Assembly: GCA_951406725.2 (NCBI GenBank)
Contig: OX597814.1
Span: 89,838,001 to 89,902,000, forward strand
DNA length: 64,000 nucleotides
Origin: Octopus vulgaris
Lineage: Eukaryota
Direction: 5' to 3'
Every line of letters begins with the position of its first letter. Positions within the stretch are counted from its first letter, which is position 1. The position numbers and the translations under genes are program-made. Below the pieces are notes generated by a model. The model did not search any database and was not told the DNA's origin. It worked only from the letters and a program-made list of their open reading frames with translations. This document shows positions 1 through 11,658 of this stretch, one piece after another.

Positions 1-1
1 G

Positions 2-1351
2 ATGTGTGTCTGTGTGTTTATAGTATATATCTGTGGTGATGGTGGTGTCTTTTTTAATTACCATTATATCCAGGAATGGTAATTTGGTACTACTCATCTC
101 CTTTGTAAATTTGAGAGATGGGTGTAGGTTGTTCAGGAGGATATTGAACTCTTCCAGAGTATTTAGAGATTCTGTCCAGATTATGAAACAGTCGTCTAGG
201 TATCTCTTCCATGCCTTTTCAATATACTTTCTAAATCCAGTGCCATAGTTTACCTCCACCTCTTGGTAGAGTTGTTCTTCTAAGTATCCCATTACAGAGT
301 TGGCGTAAACGGGAGCAAACCTCGTTCCCATCGCCGTGCCTCTAATTTGGATGTAATTCTTTCCATTGAAGAAGAATGTGTTATTTTCTAGAATAAGTTT
401 GACTGTGTCTAATATAAATGGCACTGTGAATCTGCTGGGAATCACTTCTCTATGTTTTTCTAACCAGTATTTAATCGCCTTTATTCCTAAATCGTGTGGA
501 ATATTGGTGTAGAGGCTTACCACATCAAAACTTAGCAAAACTGAATTTGTTTCTGTTGTTTTGGGAAGATGGGACAGGAAGTCGATGTCATCCCTGATGA
601 AACTTGGTATGTAAGTACATAGTGGTTTCAAAACAATGTCAATAAAATTGCTTAGACGGTGTGTAGGGCATGCTGGACCAGCTATAATAGGTCTAAGTTT
701 TAGGTCTTTTGGATGTAATAATTTTATGTACTCACTTTCTTGTTCTTTTACTGCCTGTTGAATGTTTTTTGATTTGTGTATTTTTGGTAAGCCGTAGAAG
801 TTGCTGGGTTTTGGTTCAAAATTGGTGATGTAGTCTTTTTCATTATCCGTAAGTGAGTTGTGGTGTGTTGAAATCAGGTTGTTGATCTTTTTCATGATGT
901 GGTGGTCTATATTTGCGGGTATTTCACAATAGAAGGTTGTATCCTTCAGTTGGTCTTCAACCAAATCCTTATAGTATTCGGTATCCATAATAACAGTTGC
1001 ACCACCTTTATCTGCTTGTTTAATTATTATTGTTTGATCGTTTTGTATACGTTTACATGCAGACAACTCTGATTTGCTAATGTTTGGCCTAACATTGGTA
1101 TTGCGTCTAAGGGGAAATTTAGACAGGATATCAATGTATTGGTCAAGGTAGTTATTTCTTCCTTTTGGTGGGGTGAAATTTGATTTATTCCTTACTAGGG
1201 ATTCATCAATCTCATTACTTTTGTTAGCGAAGAATTCTACAAGTCGTAATTTTCGACAGAATTTTTGGATATCCTCCTTTAATTCTTGGTGGTTGGCTGT
1301 TGGTGTAGGTGTGAATTTCAGTCCTTTTAAAAGTTCTATTGCCACCACCAT
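2..1351 (-). CDS. Penelope-like retroelement reverse transcriptase, open frame running off the left edge (partial, ~450 aa)
   Basis: Manual minus-strand translation has no stop from 1351 to 2 and contains PLE RT motifs: LKGLKFTPTP, IKQADKGGATVIMD, FYGLPKIHK, LRPIIAGPACPT, LSFDVVSLYTNIP, QIRGTAMGTRFAPVYAN, WKRYLDDCFIIW, LPFLDIMV, DIYYKHTDTH. Absent from the ORF track because no stop lies inside the window. Confidence 0.95.
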   Translation of the reverse strand, partial: MVVAIELLKGLKFTPTPTANHQELKEDIQKFCRKLRLVEFFANKSNEIDESLVRNKSNFTPPKGRNNYLDQYIDILSKFPLRRNTNVRPNISKSELSACKRIQNDQTIIIKQADKGGATVIMDTEYYKDLVEDQLKDTTFYCEIPANIDHHIMKKINNLISTHHNSLTDNEKDYITNFEPKPSNFYGLPKIHKSKNIQQAVKEQESEYIKLLHPKDLKLRPIIAGPACPTHRLSNFIDIVLKPLCTYIPSFIRDDIDFLSHLPKTTETNSVLLSFDVVSLYTNIPHDLGIKAIKYWLEKHREVIPSRFTVPFILDTVKLILENNTFFFNGKNYIQIRGTAMGTRFAPVYANSVMGYLEEQLYQEVEVNYGTGFRKYIEKAWKRYLDDCFIIWTESLNTLEEFNILLNNLHPSLKFTKEMSSTKLPFLDIMVIKKDTTITTDIYYKHTDTH

Positions 1352-1532
1352 CACCACTAGCAACAATAATTAAGGTGCTGACAATGATGATGATGACAAT
1401 TGAAATATAAAAATATAAAAATCTCTGACAAAGGATATTTACAACATTTCTAAAAATAACCCAACAATTGCTGCTTCGGCCAGGGTCAAGATACAGGACT
1501 CTTGACCTGTCCAACAAAGCGTGATGCCTAAA

Positions 1533-1646
1533 CCAATCAGCTCAACCAACCAATCAGCTTAAGTAATTGAGTGATACTACACACTGATTGGTCAGAATAC
1601 AGTTTGCAAAACCTAGCACTCTGGAGCCTACCCAGCTGTATTTATA
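1533..1646 (+). promoter_or_regulatory. Promoter-like cluster in the putative pLTR
   Basis: CCAAT at 1533 and 1550 (both CCAATCAGC), reverse ATTGG at 1587, TATTTATA at 1639-1646, about 65 bp upstream of the hammerhead. Motif match only. Confidence 0.3.
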
Positions 1647-1709
1647 GCACAGAATCACTCATCTTGCTACAGTCAAAAATTGTGAAGTATGACTGTCAAC
1701 ACTACTACA

Positions 1710-1754
1710 TGAACCCGAAGATTGCAGAATTCAATGCATGAAAGTACTAGTTCA
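1710..1754 (+). ncRNA. Minimal type I hammerhead ribozyme (U4C core variant)
   Basis: TGAAC-CCGAAGA-t-TGCA-gaattcaa-TGCA-t-GAAA-GTAC-TA-GTTCA: stem I TGAAC/GTTCA, stem II TGCA/TGCA, palindromic GTAC stem III as in PLE hammerheads. Confidence 0.7.
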
Positions 1755-2609
1755 ATCAGAATGAATATTTAACATTCTACTATTTCATTTTATTTTATTC
1801 AATTATAATATATTATCTTATAATATATCATTATAAGATTGTAAATAAAACGTGAAAATCAGACAAGGTTGGAATTCTTTTTATTAATATATATATATAT
1901 ATATATACACGCAAACACACGCACATAGATATATCCCTGTCTGTAAATATATACTTATATCTATCTATATTGACAGTGGAATATATTAGCGTATGGGTAT
2001 ATACATAAATATAATACTTTGGTAGCTAAAATATCTCAACCGCTAACCTACATTCATACTAATGAAATTTCGATGTCCTGAACACCTATATTCGGCAGTG
2101 AGCGTGGAAAATTTAAGCGTGATACCTGAACTGAGTCTCTCATCAAGAGAACCTCATACTGGTCTTTCTTGTTGTGTCAGCCTGATGATAACTGCTCTAA
2201 AGTTTCAGTGTTAGTCTCAGTGCAGCTTACCTTTCCAAATTTGACTACAAATGAAATGAGAAGAATACTTACATATGGCAGATAAGAGTTGTATTCATCA
2301 AGAAGTTTCTCCAACCAAAAGGACGCAATACAAAAATGTTACCCGAGTAAATAAATTTATATCTTTTAACCCCTTATCAAATATTTTAATTCACTATATT
2401 ACCACTGATCTCTAATTACTGTACCGATATTTAGAAATTAGTATTTGTCGACGTTGTAATAACGCAGTAATTAACAAAATATACAAGATGTTACGATGGT
2501 TAACGTCAGGAAATAGAATTTTATAGATAAGAAATAATTCAGAGCAATCATTTGTATGATATATTTTACGCACGTTTTTCTCAACATCCTCCTGTTATGC
2601 ACGTGGACA

Positions 2610-2870
2610 CATCATTGTGTCTAGTTGCACTGCCTCTCCCAGGGCTCGCAACTCTTGACCTACAGCCACCTTGAGGCGACACCTACAGACTCCACAGCCA
2701 GTCTGATGGCCTTTTGTCTACTGGCCTCTTCCCAGCAAATTGTAGGTTCTGTAAAAGGTCTGACTTACAAACTATCTGCATCCACCTCAATGGAATCAAA
2801 TCTCACTTGCCACCCATTGCTTCGGCATACCCTGATGCAGTCCTTCCAGTTAGTGCAAAGTTCTAACAAG
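2610..2870 (-). mobile_element. Decayed 3' fragment of an RLE-type LINE (HERO/R2-like C-terminus)
   Basis: Minus-strand peptide CRSNGWQVRFDSIEV...RQKAIRLAVESVGVASRWL*VKSCEPW resembles the C-terminus of HERO-clade elements; contains stops and frameshifts. Confidence 0.6.
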
Positions 2871-2897
2871 AGACATTATTAATATAATACCGATTAC

Positions 2898-3110
2898 AAG
2901 GCAGTGAATTGGCAAAAGCGTTAATACAACAGGCTAAATGCTTAGCAGTATTTCATCCGTCTTTGCATTATGAGTTCAAATTCCGCCGAGGTCGACTTTT
3001 CTTTTCATCCTTTCGGAGTCGATAAAATAAGTACCAGCTGAAAAGTGAAGTCGATGTAATCGACTTACCCCTCCATCAAATTTACTGGCCTTGTGCCAAA
3101 ATGTGGAGCC
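2898..3110 (+). mobile_element. tRNA-derived SINE (Nin-type domain) with 17-bp target site duplication
   Basis: B-box GAGTTCAAATTCC and CATCCTTTCGGAGTCGATAAAATAAGTACCAG core; exact flanking repeat AATATAATACCGATTAC at 2881-2897 and 3111-3127. Confidence 0.85.
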
Positions 3111-3734
3111 AATATAATACCGATTACGTAATATTCTATGCAAAGCAAAATGCAACCACTATAACAAAGAGCTTTTTTAATCGCTTACTTAAAACACTTA
3201 TCAAGTTCTGCCGAGGTAGCTAACTAAATGCAGCTTCAGATTATTAATTCTTGTCAGAATTATTAACTTCGTCGGCGCATTATCGAGAAAAAAGTTCATA
3301 GTTACATATAAAGTGCTTCTTAAATTACAAATCCTTGAGTTAATTTAAAAATTTGGTTTTAATTTAACAAAGAAACGCTCACAAATAATGCTATAACTAG
3401 ATTACGCGTTCACTGTGAAAAGATTAGAAACAATCTAATTCATTTTGTTGTAGAGTATGTGCGAAAGAGTTTATTAAATGGAAACATTAATAGCTAGCTT
3501 GCATTCATATGACGGTTATATTTATAAAAAGATTCTAAGTATCTATTATGCTCAATATGTGATATGTCTTCGACTTTATATTATTATATATTCTATATAC
3601 AAACATTAAATTTTACTTATCTACACATTGTATGCTACAAAACAACACTGAAACATGGAGTACGTTACACAATGGCAAACATTAATACACCTTCTAGACA
3701 TACACGCACATACGTGCGCGCGCGTGTATGTGTT

Positions 3735-3998
3735 TAAGTGTGTTAACTATTAGCAACAGAAGCAACCTTAGTAACGAATACTAATCAGCACACAATATTA
3801 ATTAGCAAACAACCTAGACGTGTTGTCTATAATGCCGGAGATTGCGGGCAAAATCGATGCTCTTCAACATTTGTTCCGTACACAAAATTACGTACCGGGA
3901 TGTCCACCGCAGTTTCTAACGTTAAAAATAAAGCTAGATATGCTAATTAATATACATTACGGGGATTGCTTCTGTAGCTAATAGATAATTCATACACA
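3735..3998. mobile_element. Degenerate MITE-like inverted-repeat element
   Basis: CTATTAGCAACAGAAGCAA pairs with TTGCTTCTGTAGCTAATAG, and ATATTAATTAGCA pairs with TGCTAATTAATAT. Confidence 0.55.
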
Positions 3999-4529
3999 AC
4001 CCACCAACTTTTCTCGAAATCAGCGGTTGTTCAGACAGTATTATTCTGTTTATATTTACTAATCAATTTATATAGCTTTGACTGATTTCCAGTCTAGCAA
4101 TCGGTGCTTGGCTTTCTATATTTGATGATCTACAATACGTTGAAATCTTGTGATACAGTACTGCCACCCGCCGATAGAATATTAACATTTGTCATCTACA
4201 CGAAATGATTTTCAGAATCTTCACTGCAGTCTACAGCATTTTAAACAACACATTCAGGTTAAGTTGGATGTATTCATATATACATATATATATCTTAGTT
4301 TCACATCTAGGAGATGATCAGGTTACGCTTGTTCACTGCATTTATGAGAGTGCTTACTGAGAGTGCCTACTGAGCGTCTGTAAAATGCGGTTGGAATACA
4401 TTCATATGATTCTGATGTTCATAAAAAAAAGACACCGGTTTAGCGATTTCCTCGCCGATTTTTACAAATGGAACTGAACGAAAAGTCTTGTCGCATCTCA
4501 TGATGGGGAAGACTGGTCTCAGTTGATAT

Positions 4530-5220
4530 ATTTTATCTAGATAATATTTTCCCTCATTGTTGGTAAAACAAACTCATCTGTTTGGCAACTTGTTGCGAAA
4601 TATTCGGGCGAAAAATTCCTCAACTTTCGAAGCAAAAAAGCACCCAATATAATGCTTAACCTCTTCAAAATTATTAAACTGTTTTCCTTCTAAATAATGT
4701 TGCAATCATCTGAAAAGATGATTGTCAGTTGGAGTAAGGTCAGGAGAGTAAGGAAGATGGGGGAAAACGCCATATTTAGTGCCATAATCTTTACCTGAGA
4801 GACTTGGTTAAAATGTAATCTTGTATTATTGCGTAAGAGTTACCCCCGTCCAATTACTATTGATCAATGTTAACTGCTTTCCAATTGACGACAGTATTTG
4901 TTTGCATTAACTGTTTCTTTTTAGTGTGACACTTTATGATAGACGGCACCTTCCATATTTCACCAAACACAGAGGATAATTGTTTCCTGCTGTAGTCCTG
5001 GTTTCGCGATGGCTTCTCTTCTGTGATTAGGTGGTGCTAAGAAGTGGGCATTTTCGTTATATGTGCATATAGAGAATCCACTTTTTCTTACTTGTTATGA
5101 TTCTATCCAGAAACAGTTCAGCATCGAGTCTACCATTCAGTGACGAGCAGAAGGCAACACTTACATTAAGACCAAAAGCAATCAAATTATGAGAGACCCA
5201 CCAATCAATTACCTAGTCCA
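4530..5220 (-). pseudogene. Decayed mariner transposase (C-terminal half)
   Basis: Minus-strand PHLPYSPDLTPTDNHLFR*LQHYLEGKQFNNFEEVK (YSPDL motif) and LDRIITSKKKWILY. Confidence 0.8.
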
Positions 5221-5239
5221 TGAAGGTGTTTTATTATCG

Positions 5240-5960
5240 GAGAGAGAGAGAGGGAGAGAGAGAGAGAGAAAGAGAGAGAGAGTGTGTGTGTGTGTGTGTG
5301 TGTGTGCATGAGTTAGAAAGCTAAAGAGTCGGTGGAAGTAGAGAGGAAGGCAGTGAAGAGGGAAGCATGGTAAGATACATAGCTGTGAAGCCAAATGGCC
5401 ATGGCTAAATGAGGAAGAAAGAGTGAGTGAAGGAAGGTGTTGCGGGATGCATCGCTGTAACGGTGTGTTATACGTATATCCTTGTATAAGTGGAAAAAGT
5501 GGGGAGCGTGTGAAAGTGGCAATGTGTATGTGTGTGTTTGTTTTGTGAAGATTGGTTTGTCTGGGTTTATGTAAATAAGTCGATGTGCATTTGAAGGTGA
5601 CGATGCATATGTGTATGTATGTCACAAGGGGACAAAAAGTGTGTGCGTGTGTTAGTGGTGTGAGGCTTGGGGCAGAGGTGGAAGAGTGTGTGAGGGTGGT
5701 GTATGAGTAGGTGATGGTGTGTTGAGAGGACACGATCGTGTATGTAAGAGAAGTATGAAGTGAAATGTGGATAGTGTAAGAGTGTGAGTGACGTGAGAGT
5801 AGGAAGAAGAGGGGAAGTTGTATAGCGATGGAGCAGGTGTAGATTCAAAGTAACTTAGAAGAATTGAAGTGGACAATTCAGTTTGTGGTAGGGAATTCGG
5901 CGGTGGTAATCTCGCTGAAGGCCGACAAGTACTGGAGGGATTGTTCGGTGGAGTGGAAAT

Positions 5961-6010
<50 letters not shown>
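5240..6010. repeat. GA/GT-rich low-complexity tract with (GA)n and (GT)n microsatellites
   Basis: Direct inspection; a similar GA-rich tract lies at 8395-8700. Confidence 0.75.
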
Positions 6011-6011
<1 letters not shown>

Positions 6012-6731
6012 ATTCGTTGCAAAGTCTCCGTGAATCTATCGACTCGTCAGCAGCCAGTCTGCCCGATGTTGATAAAATCACAGAGGGAACATTGGAGAGT
6101 ATATATCATGATCTGTTTGGCCACCTCATTTATTGTTTGCTACGGGAAAAAGAACAGTAATACATATATGAACAATCTAATATACTAGAAAAGGAGAATT
6201 CACTCATTTTATACAACCCTAGGATGCAAACAAACCGCTTGATAAAACATATGAAGCGTGGCATAATTTTCTACTCTAAAATTTAAAAAGAAAAGTATAT
6301 GTAACCTTAATTTAGAAATATCGAATGAATATAGTGTTGTGAAAAATCATACTTCTTTAGTCTTGAATTGCGCCTAATTAGCAACTAAAATAAAGGTATT
6401 AATGCATGTAAAATTGTGATGTTTATTTGTAATTTGCACAACCTTAATGATACAGAATAAATTCTGGAAAGAAATCAATTAATGCCCTATCATAGTAAAT
6501 TTAGAAACATTCTAGAAAAAATAACAATACTAGGTTTCTCAAGTTGTAAGATAATTAATCAACGTTAACTCTTTCACAATGAAATGTAATTTCATTGTTA
6601 TTCCGACAACGATGTTAAACATCTACCAAAATAATGAATTAGTATTTTGTGCAAATCAAGTTGCTTCAATAAGCCTGATATATGTCATCAGAAAATAGTT
6701 TCAAACATGACATTCTTCCACGAAAGATATA

Positions 6732-7103
6732 TCTTTATATATAAAAGAGAGGTTGTGTGCTGTCTGTCTCCTACGATTTAGATTCCTAACTACTACCAAA
6801 AGCGGGTATCTTATAGTCGTGATTCATATCGAGCCCTTCTGGGTATTAGCGTGCGTCTACGATGAGTCTACGATTAAAAAAAATTTACCATCAATTTTCC
6901 CCATTTTTAATGCATTTTTGGCATATATAAGGGAAGTAACTCTCTAAAAATTTATTATTAAATCTCAGAACGTAAAAAGCTACAGTAACACCCCACCCTT
7001 TGTGGTTAGCCATATTGAGATGGCTATTATACTTTACATCTCTAAAAATGCTTATATAGTTATTTCCCTTTCAAACCCGAGCAACGCCGGGCGATACTGC
7101 TAG
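6732..7103 (+). mobile_element. Non-autonomous Helitron
   Basis: 5' TC after A; 3' hairpin CCCGAGCAACGCCGGG, then an 8-nt spacer and CTAG before T; no TSD. Same terminus at 20210 and 51692. Confidence 0.75.
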
Positions 7104-7489
7104 TTGGTATATAAAACCAGTTAAGGGTAATGGAATTTTGAGAGTATACATCAGCTTTCCGCTACAAAAGTGTTAAACATTTGAATGCCTGTTTACCACG
7201 ATGTACCTATGTATTTTTATACAAGAAATAAAGTGTCGATTGATATGTGAAATTCTAATAGAACTACAAAGAAAGAAAATATAGTGGTGATGATAATTAT
7301 CGTAATGGTTTTGATGATCTTCAATGCAACAAAACGTCACACAAAGCAAAGAAGGAAAATGTTATAGTGTGCACACATTTTCACGAAACTAAACTTTTCA
7401 GAGATTAAGTGAGCCGTAAGTAGTACCAGTAACTTACACTTGGCCGCGTGACACTTATCTCATTGCAATATTATTAATGATATTAATTT

Positions 7490-7948
7490 GAAGGTAGCAA
7501 ACAAGAAGAATTAATAGTGTATCAAAGAAAACTGCTTAGCTGTATTTTCTTCGCATCTTTACGTTCTAAGTTCAAATTCCGTCGAAGTCAACTTTGCGTC
7601 TTATGGTTTTGGAGACGATAAAATAAAATATCTATTTCTTTACTACCCACAAGGGGCTAAACAGAGAGAGGACAAACAAGGACAGAGAAACGGATTAAGT
7701 CGATTACATCGACCCCAGTGCGTAACTGGTACTTAATTTATCGACCCCGAAAGGATGAAAAGCAAAGTCGACTTCGGCGGAATTTGAACTCAGAACGTAA
7801 CGGCAGACGAAATACGCCTACGCATTTCACCCGGCGTGCTAACGATTCTGCCAGCTCGCCGCCGTATATCAGTCAGTATTGGGATCGATGTAATCGACTT
7901 ACTCTCCTCTCTAAAATTGCTAGCCTTAAGCCAAAATTTGAAACCATT
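7490..7948. mobile_element. Nested SINEs: younger minus-strand copy (~7631-7864) inside an older plus-strand copy
   Basis: The plus-strand SINE breaks after GATAAAATAAAATA and resumes at TATCAGTCAGTATTGGGATCGATGTAATCGAC. The insert reads GGCGGCGAGCTGGCAGAATCGTTAGCACGCCGGG... on the minus strand. Confidence 0.8.
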
Positions 7949-9134
7949 AATGATAGCAATTGCAATATACGTAAAGTTTTATTTGACACAATGTTTGGAT
8001 TCCTGTTGATACTTAATTCCTGACCAATCCTGTTCGGGTTGAGACATTATAAAAGGAAATCTTTTTGTGTCTATACCAAACTTTTAGGAGTTTCAAGACC
8101 ACATTATGCAATATTTTTCTTCATTTACAATGCGATTGGGTGTGCTTTGAAGGCAATGTTACTGCTATTTTTAGCACAGTGAGCGACCAATCACATATTT
8201 CCTCTTTAATAGGAATATATATGGTTAAAATAATAATTTCCATCACTTTACAGGCGGACAACACATGCGTAACTGATACAAAATAGCTTGAATTAAAATT
8301 AAGGGCCGGACACTGCGGATATGCACTGTTTGATTTAATATAATTCTGCTTGTCATTGTGTTAGTTAGTCAGTCGGTAACGTTTTCGCGTGATTAGAGAA
8401 GAGAGAGAAAGAGAAGAGGGAGAGAGAAAAATGGTGAGAGAAAAAGAGGGTGAGAGAAAAAGAGGGTGGGAGAAAAAGAGGGTGGGGGAAACACCCATGA
8501 CGTGAGGTAGAGGGAACGTAATAGTCTTAGCAGAAGCGTGGTGTTCTGATGGAGAGGTTAAAGAAAGGCAAAGAAAGGGAAGAGAGAGAGAGAGAGAGAG
8601 AGTGAGTGGGAGAGAGAGAGATACAGGAGGGAGAGAGATAGAGATGATGGTGGAGATGGAACTGGTGGCGGTGGAGGTAGTGGTGTTGGTCGTGGTGAAA
8701 AAATGAACTAAGTTTTTTATATTACCCATCACTTAACGCATGCGTATAAGTGCAATTTCGTGAAATATCCATGCTTATTTACGAGGCAAATGTATGCAAT
8801 TTAAATAAAGGTTATATCATATGTACGGGATAATTTTGTTTATGGGAAAATCGAAAAATAAGAGTGTATATTCATTTTATGAGTGCTGTGTATAAAGTTT
8901 ATAAAATGGTGCAAAAAGTATATAAAGTGCATTAAGTAATCATCGTATTCCAATTTCTTTCATTTATCAGTGAGTCGCAGATAAGTGACTATCTTTCTGC
9001 ACAGACACAACACAGGTTACGCTTTCAGGTTTTTTAGATAAAGTTTTCAGAAATAACGCAAAAAGTTTACCATTAATTTCGTGAAATATTCATGGGTCCC
9101 GCTAGTATAATATAACAAAGATTACTACTAAATA

Positions 9135-9348
9135 GTGATTTCAAATTTTGGCACAAGGCCAGCAATTTAGGGGATGCGGCTAAGTCGACCACATCGACCC
9201 CAGTTCTCAATTGGTACTTAATTTATGAACTCCAAAGGAAAAATGGCAAAGTCGTCCTCCGTGGAATCTGAACTCAGAAGGTAAAGACAGACGAAATGCC
9301 GTTAAATATTTTGCCCGACGTGCTAACGATTCTGTCGGCTCGCCACCT
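9135..9348 (-). mobile_element. tRNA-derived SINE, same family as 2898-3110
   Basis: Reverse complement reads GGTGGCGAGCCGACAGAATCGTTAGCACG...CTGAGTTCAGATTCC...AAGTACC...GGCCTTGTGCCAAAATTTGAAA. Confidence 0.8.
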
Positions 9349-9371
9349 TCTTTACCTCCATAAAATTGTTA

Positions 9372-9436
<65 letters not shown>

Positions 9437-9503
9437 ACCTCGTGTGTACCGTTGGCGATTTTTTTCCTCTGTCTTCCCTTCTCTGGATCTTTCCTTCTCC
9501 TAT

Positions 9504-9538
9504 GTTTCCGACGAAGAGCTCCGCTCGAAACGTTAAAC
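9504..9538 (+). ncRNA. Minimal type I hammerhead (U4C variant) in a ~200-bp insert (9440-9635) between (TA)/(TG) and (TA) tracts
   Basis: GTTT-CCGACGA-a-GAGC-tcc-GCTC-GAAA-CG-TT-AAAC: stems I and II pair perfectly; palindromic AACGTT at stem III. Confidence 0.7.
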
Positions 9539-9975
9539 CCTCCTTCTTTCCTTCTCTCCTGAGCGTCCAATAATACTATATTTGTTCCACGTCCTCGCGT
9601 TGTGTTTTTTTTGTGCTTTCTTGTTTGGATTAACTATATATATATATATATATATATATCGATAAATTTTTCAATGAGTGATAATAAACGTAGTTACAGA
9701 AAACATTCTTATTAGTTGTGTTGCAATATTGAGAAATTGGTACTATGTACTTAGCCATTTATTTCACGTTGAAATGAAACATATCTGAGTTTCCCTGAAA
9801 GTGGCTACCATTTCTGATAAGTAAATACAGACAATAGCGTATAATATTAGGATATATTCAGTATGTCTTTTGCTTTTCGTATTTTTCTTTCTGCCGGACA
9901 GAATATGTTTCATTTTACTGCATATGCGGTAACTAACTAATTAAATCAACATCTTTTCCTGTTGTATATGCGAAC

Positions 9976-10037
<62 letters not shown>

Positions 10038-10559
10038 TCTTTAGCACTTTTAAAAAATATGAAATCTTACAAAAGATTTCCTTTCCCTGCTCTAAGCGTA
10101 TATCTAATCAACGTAATTCTTTTTGTTTTATATACATATTAACCAAATATCTTAGCCAAAGAGGGGAAAAAACAAGAAGTTTAGTTTTAAACAATATATA
10201 TGCGTCAGTTTATGAAGATAAGAAATTTCATTCAATATTGTACAACAAAATAAATTTTATATAATGTTTTTCCTAATTTCGTCTTCTCTCTTCGTAGATT
10301 TCATTACTGATTGTTCAATTTCATTTTTCCTTGTGGCAGACGTACAACACTAACGTTTGTAGAAACCAAAGAAAGAGAATTACGTTCATTTGATATATCC
10401 TCAGAGATATAAATTCACACACACGCATCCATACATAGCTACGTACATATATGTGTGTGTGTGCGTGCCTGTGTGTGTCTGAGTGTGTGCGTGTGTGCGT
10501 ATGTATGTTTGTTTATATATACATATATATTTGTTTGCATGTATACATATATAAATGAG

Positions 10560-10593
<34 letters not shown>

Positions 10594-10949
10594 CATACGG
10601 CTGCCGTCTGCTGTCGTATTCTGCAAAATTCTCTTCCCCAAAATTACAAATATTTGCGGTGTCAAACTGAATCTTTCAATATTTATTTCACTATCACTTT
10701 ATTACACAATATACGTTTGATTATACATTTATCCGATTATTTTTCCCAATGTTTCGGGCGACAAACGTATTTACCTCAATAATGTATGTTCAAATTTTGA
10801 TGTACCAATTCGACATCATAATAAGTTTATTCTACACAGGAAGTTATGTTACGCAAATCGAAATTTCGTTTGTATTCCCTATTTCTCATATTAGTTCTTT
10901 TGTTCAGTTAGTTCTCTTGTTTATCAAAGCTGCTGCTCTACATATTAAT

Positions 10950-11658
10950 CGGGATCTTTACCCTTTGACCTACAGATTTAAAAAATACTTTTTTGTAACT
11001 AAACACTTTCAAACTTCGGACACTGGTAGATGTGTCGTATAAAACATCTTTTACTCTTAGCATTTTTGAGGAATACTTATATTTAGGAAGTTAGTTCACG
11101 TTAAAGTTCTCGTATTTCGGTAATTTCAACCAATCAATGACGCGATAAAATTACTGAATAAAATTACTGCCGTTGTTTGTCAACAACAGCTATCGGCGGT
11201 GTATCTTTCGTTTGTCACTGTTATTTATGACATCGTTCGTGCGTTTGTACTGGTTTTAAGGTTTCAGAGTTCGGGTTAGGGTTTTAGGTTTAGGGTTAGG
11301 GTTTTAAGGTTAGGGTTAGGGTTTTAGAGTTAGGGTTTTAGACTTAGTGTTAGGGTTTTAGGGTTAGGATTAGGGTTGTTATAAATAACAGTGACAAACG
11401 AAATATACACAACCGGAAGTTCTTGTTGTCAAACAACAGCAGTAACTTTTTTCAGCTGAATACACGTCATTGATTGGTTGAAATTACCGAAATAGGACAA
11501 ATTTAACGTGAAATATCTTCCTAAATATAAGTTTTTCTCAAAATTGCTAAGAGTAAAATATGTTTTATATGACACAATCTACCAGTGTCCGAAGTTTGAA
11601 AGTGTTTAGTTACAAAAAAATTATTTTTTAAATCTGTAGGTCAAAAGGTAAAGCTCCT
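10950..11658. mobile_element. Foldback/MITE with ~280-bp inverted arms around a degenerate TTAGGG tract
   Basis: Arms ~10950-11232 and ~11377-11658 are reverse complements (e.g. GTAACTAAACACTTTCAAACTTCGGACACTGGTAGAT); ATTAAT flanks both sides; the centre holds about nine exact TTAGGG plus variants. Confidence 0.9.

Larger units (their letters stand above)
1340..1885 (+). mobile_element. Probable inverted pseudo-LTR (pLTR) of the adjacent PLE
   Basis: RT homology stops abruptly near 1340. The following ~545 bp carry a hammerhead on the opposite strand and end in a (TA)n tract. 5'-truncated PLEs with an inverted pLTR are an established arrangement. Confidence 0.6.

Noticed and set aside
11264-11377. 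True telomere or chromosome fusion site
   Set aside because: Short, degenerate, single polarity and enclosed by transposon-like inverted arms.
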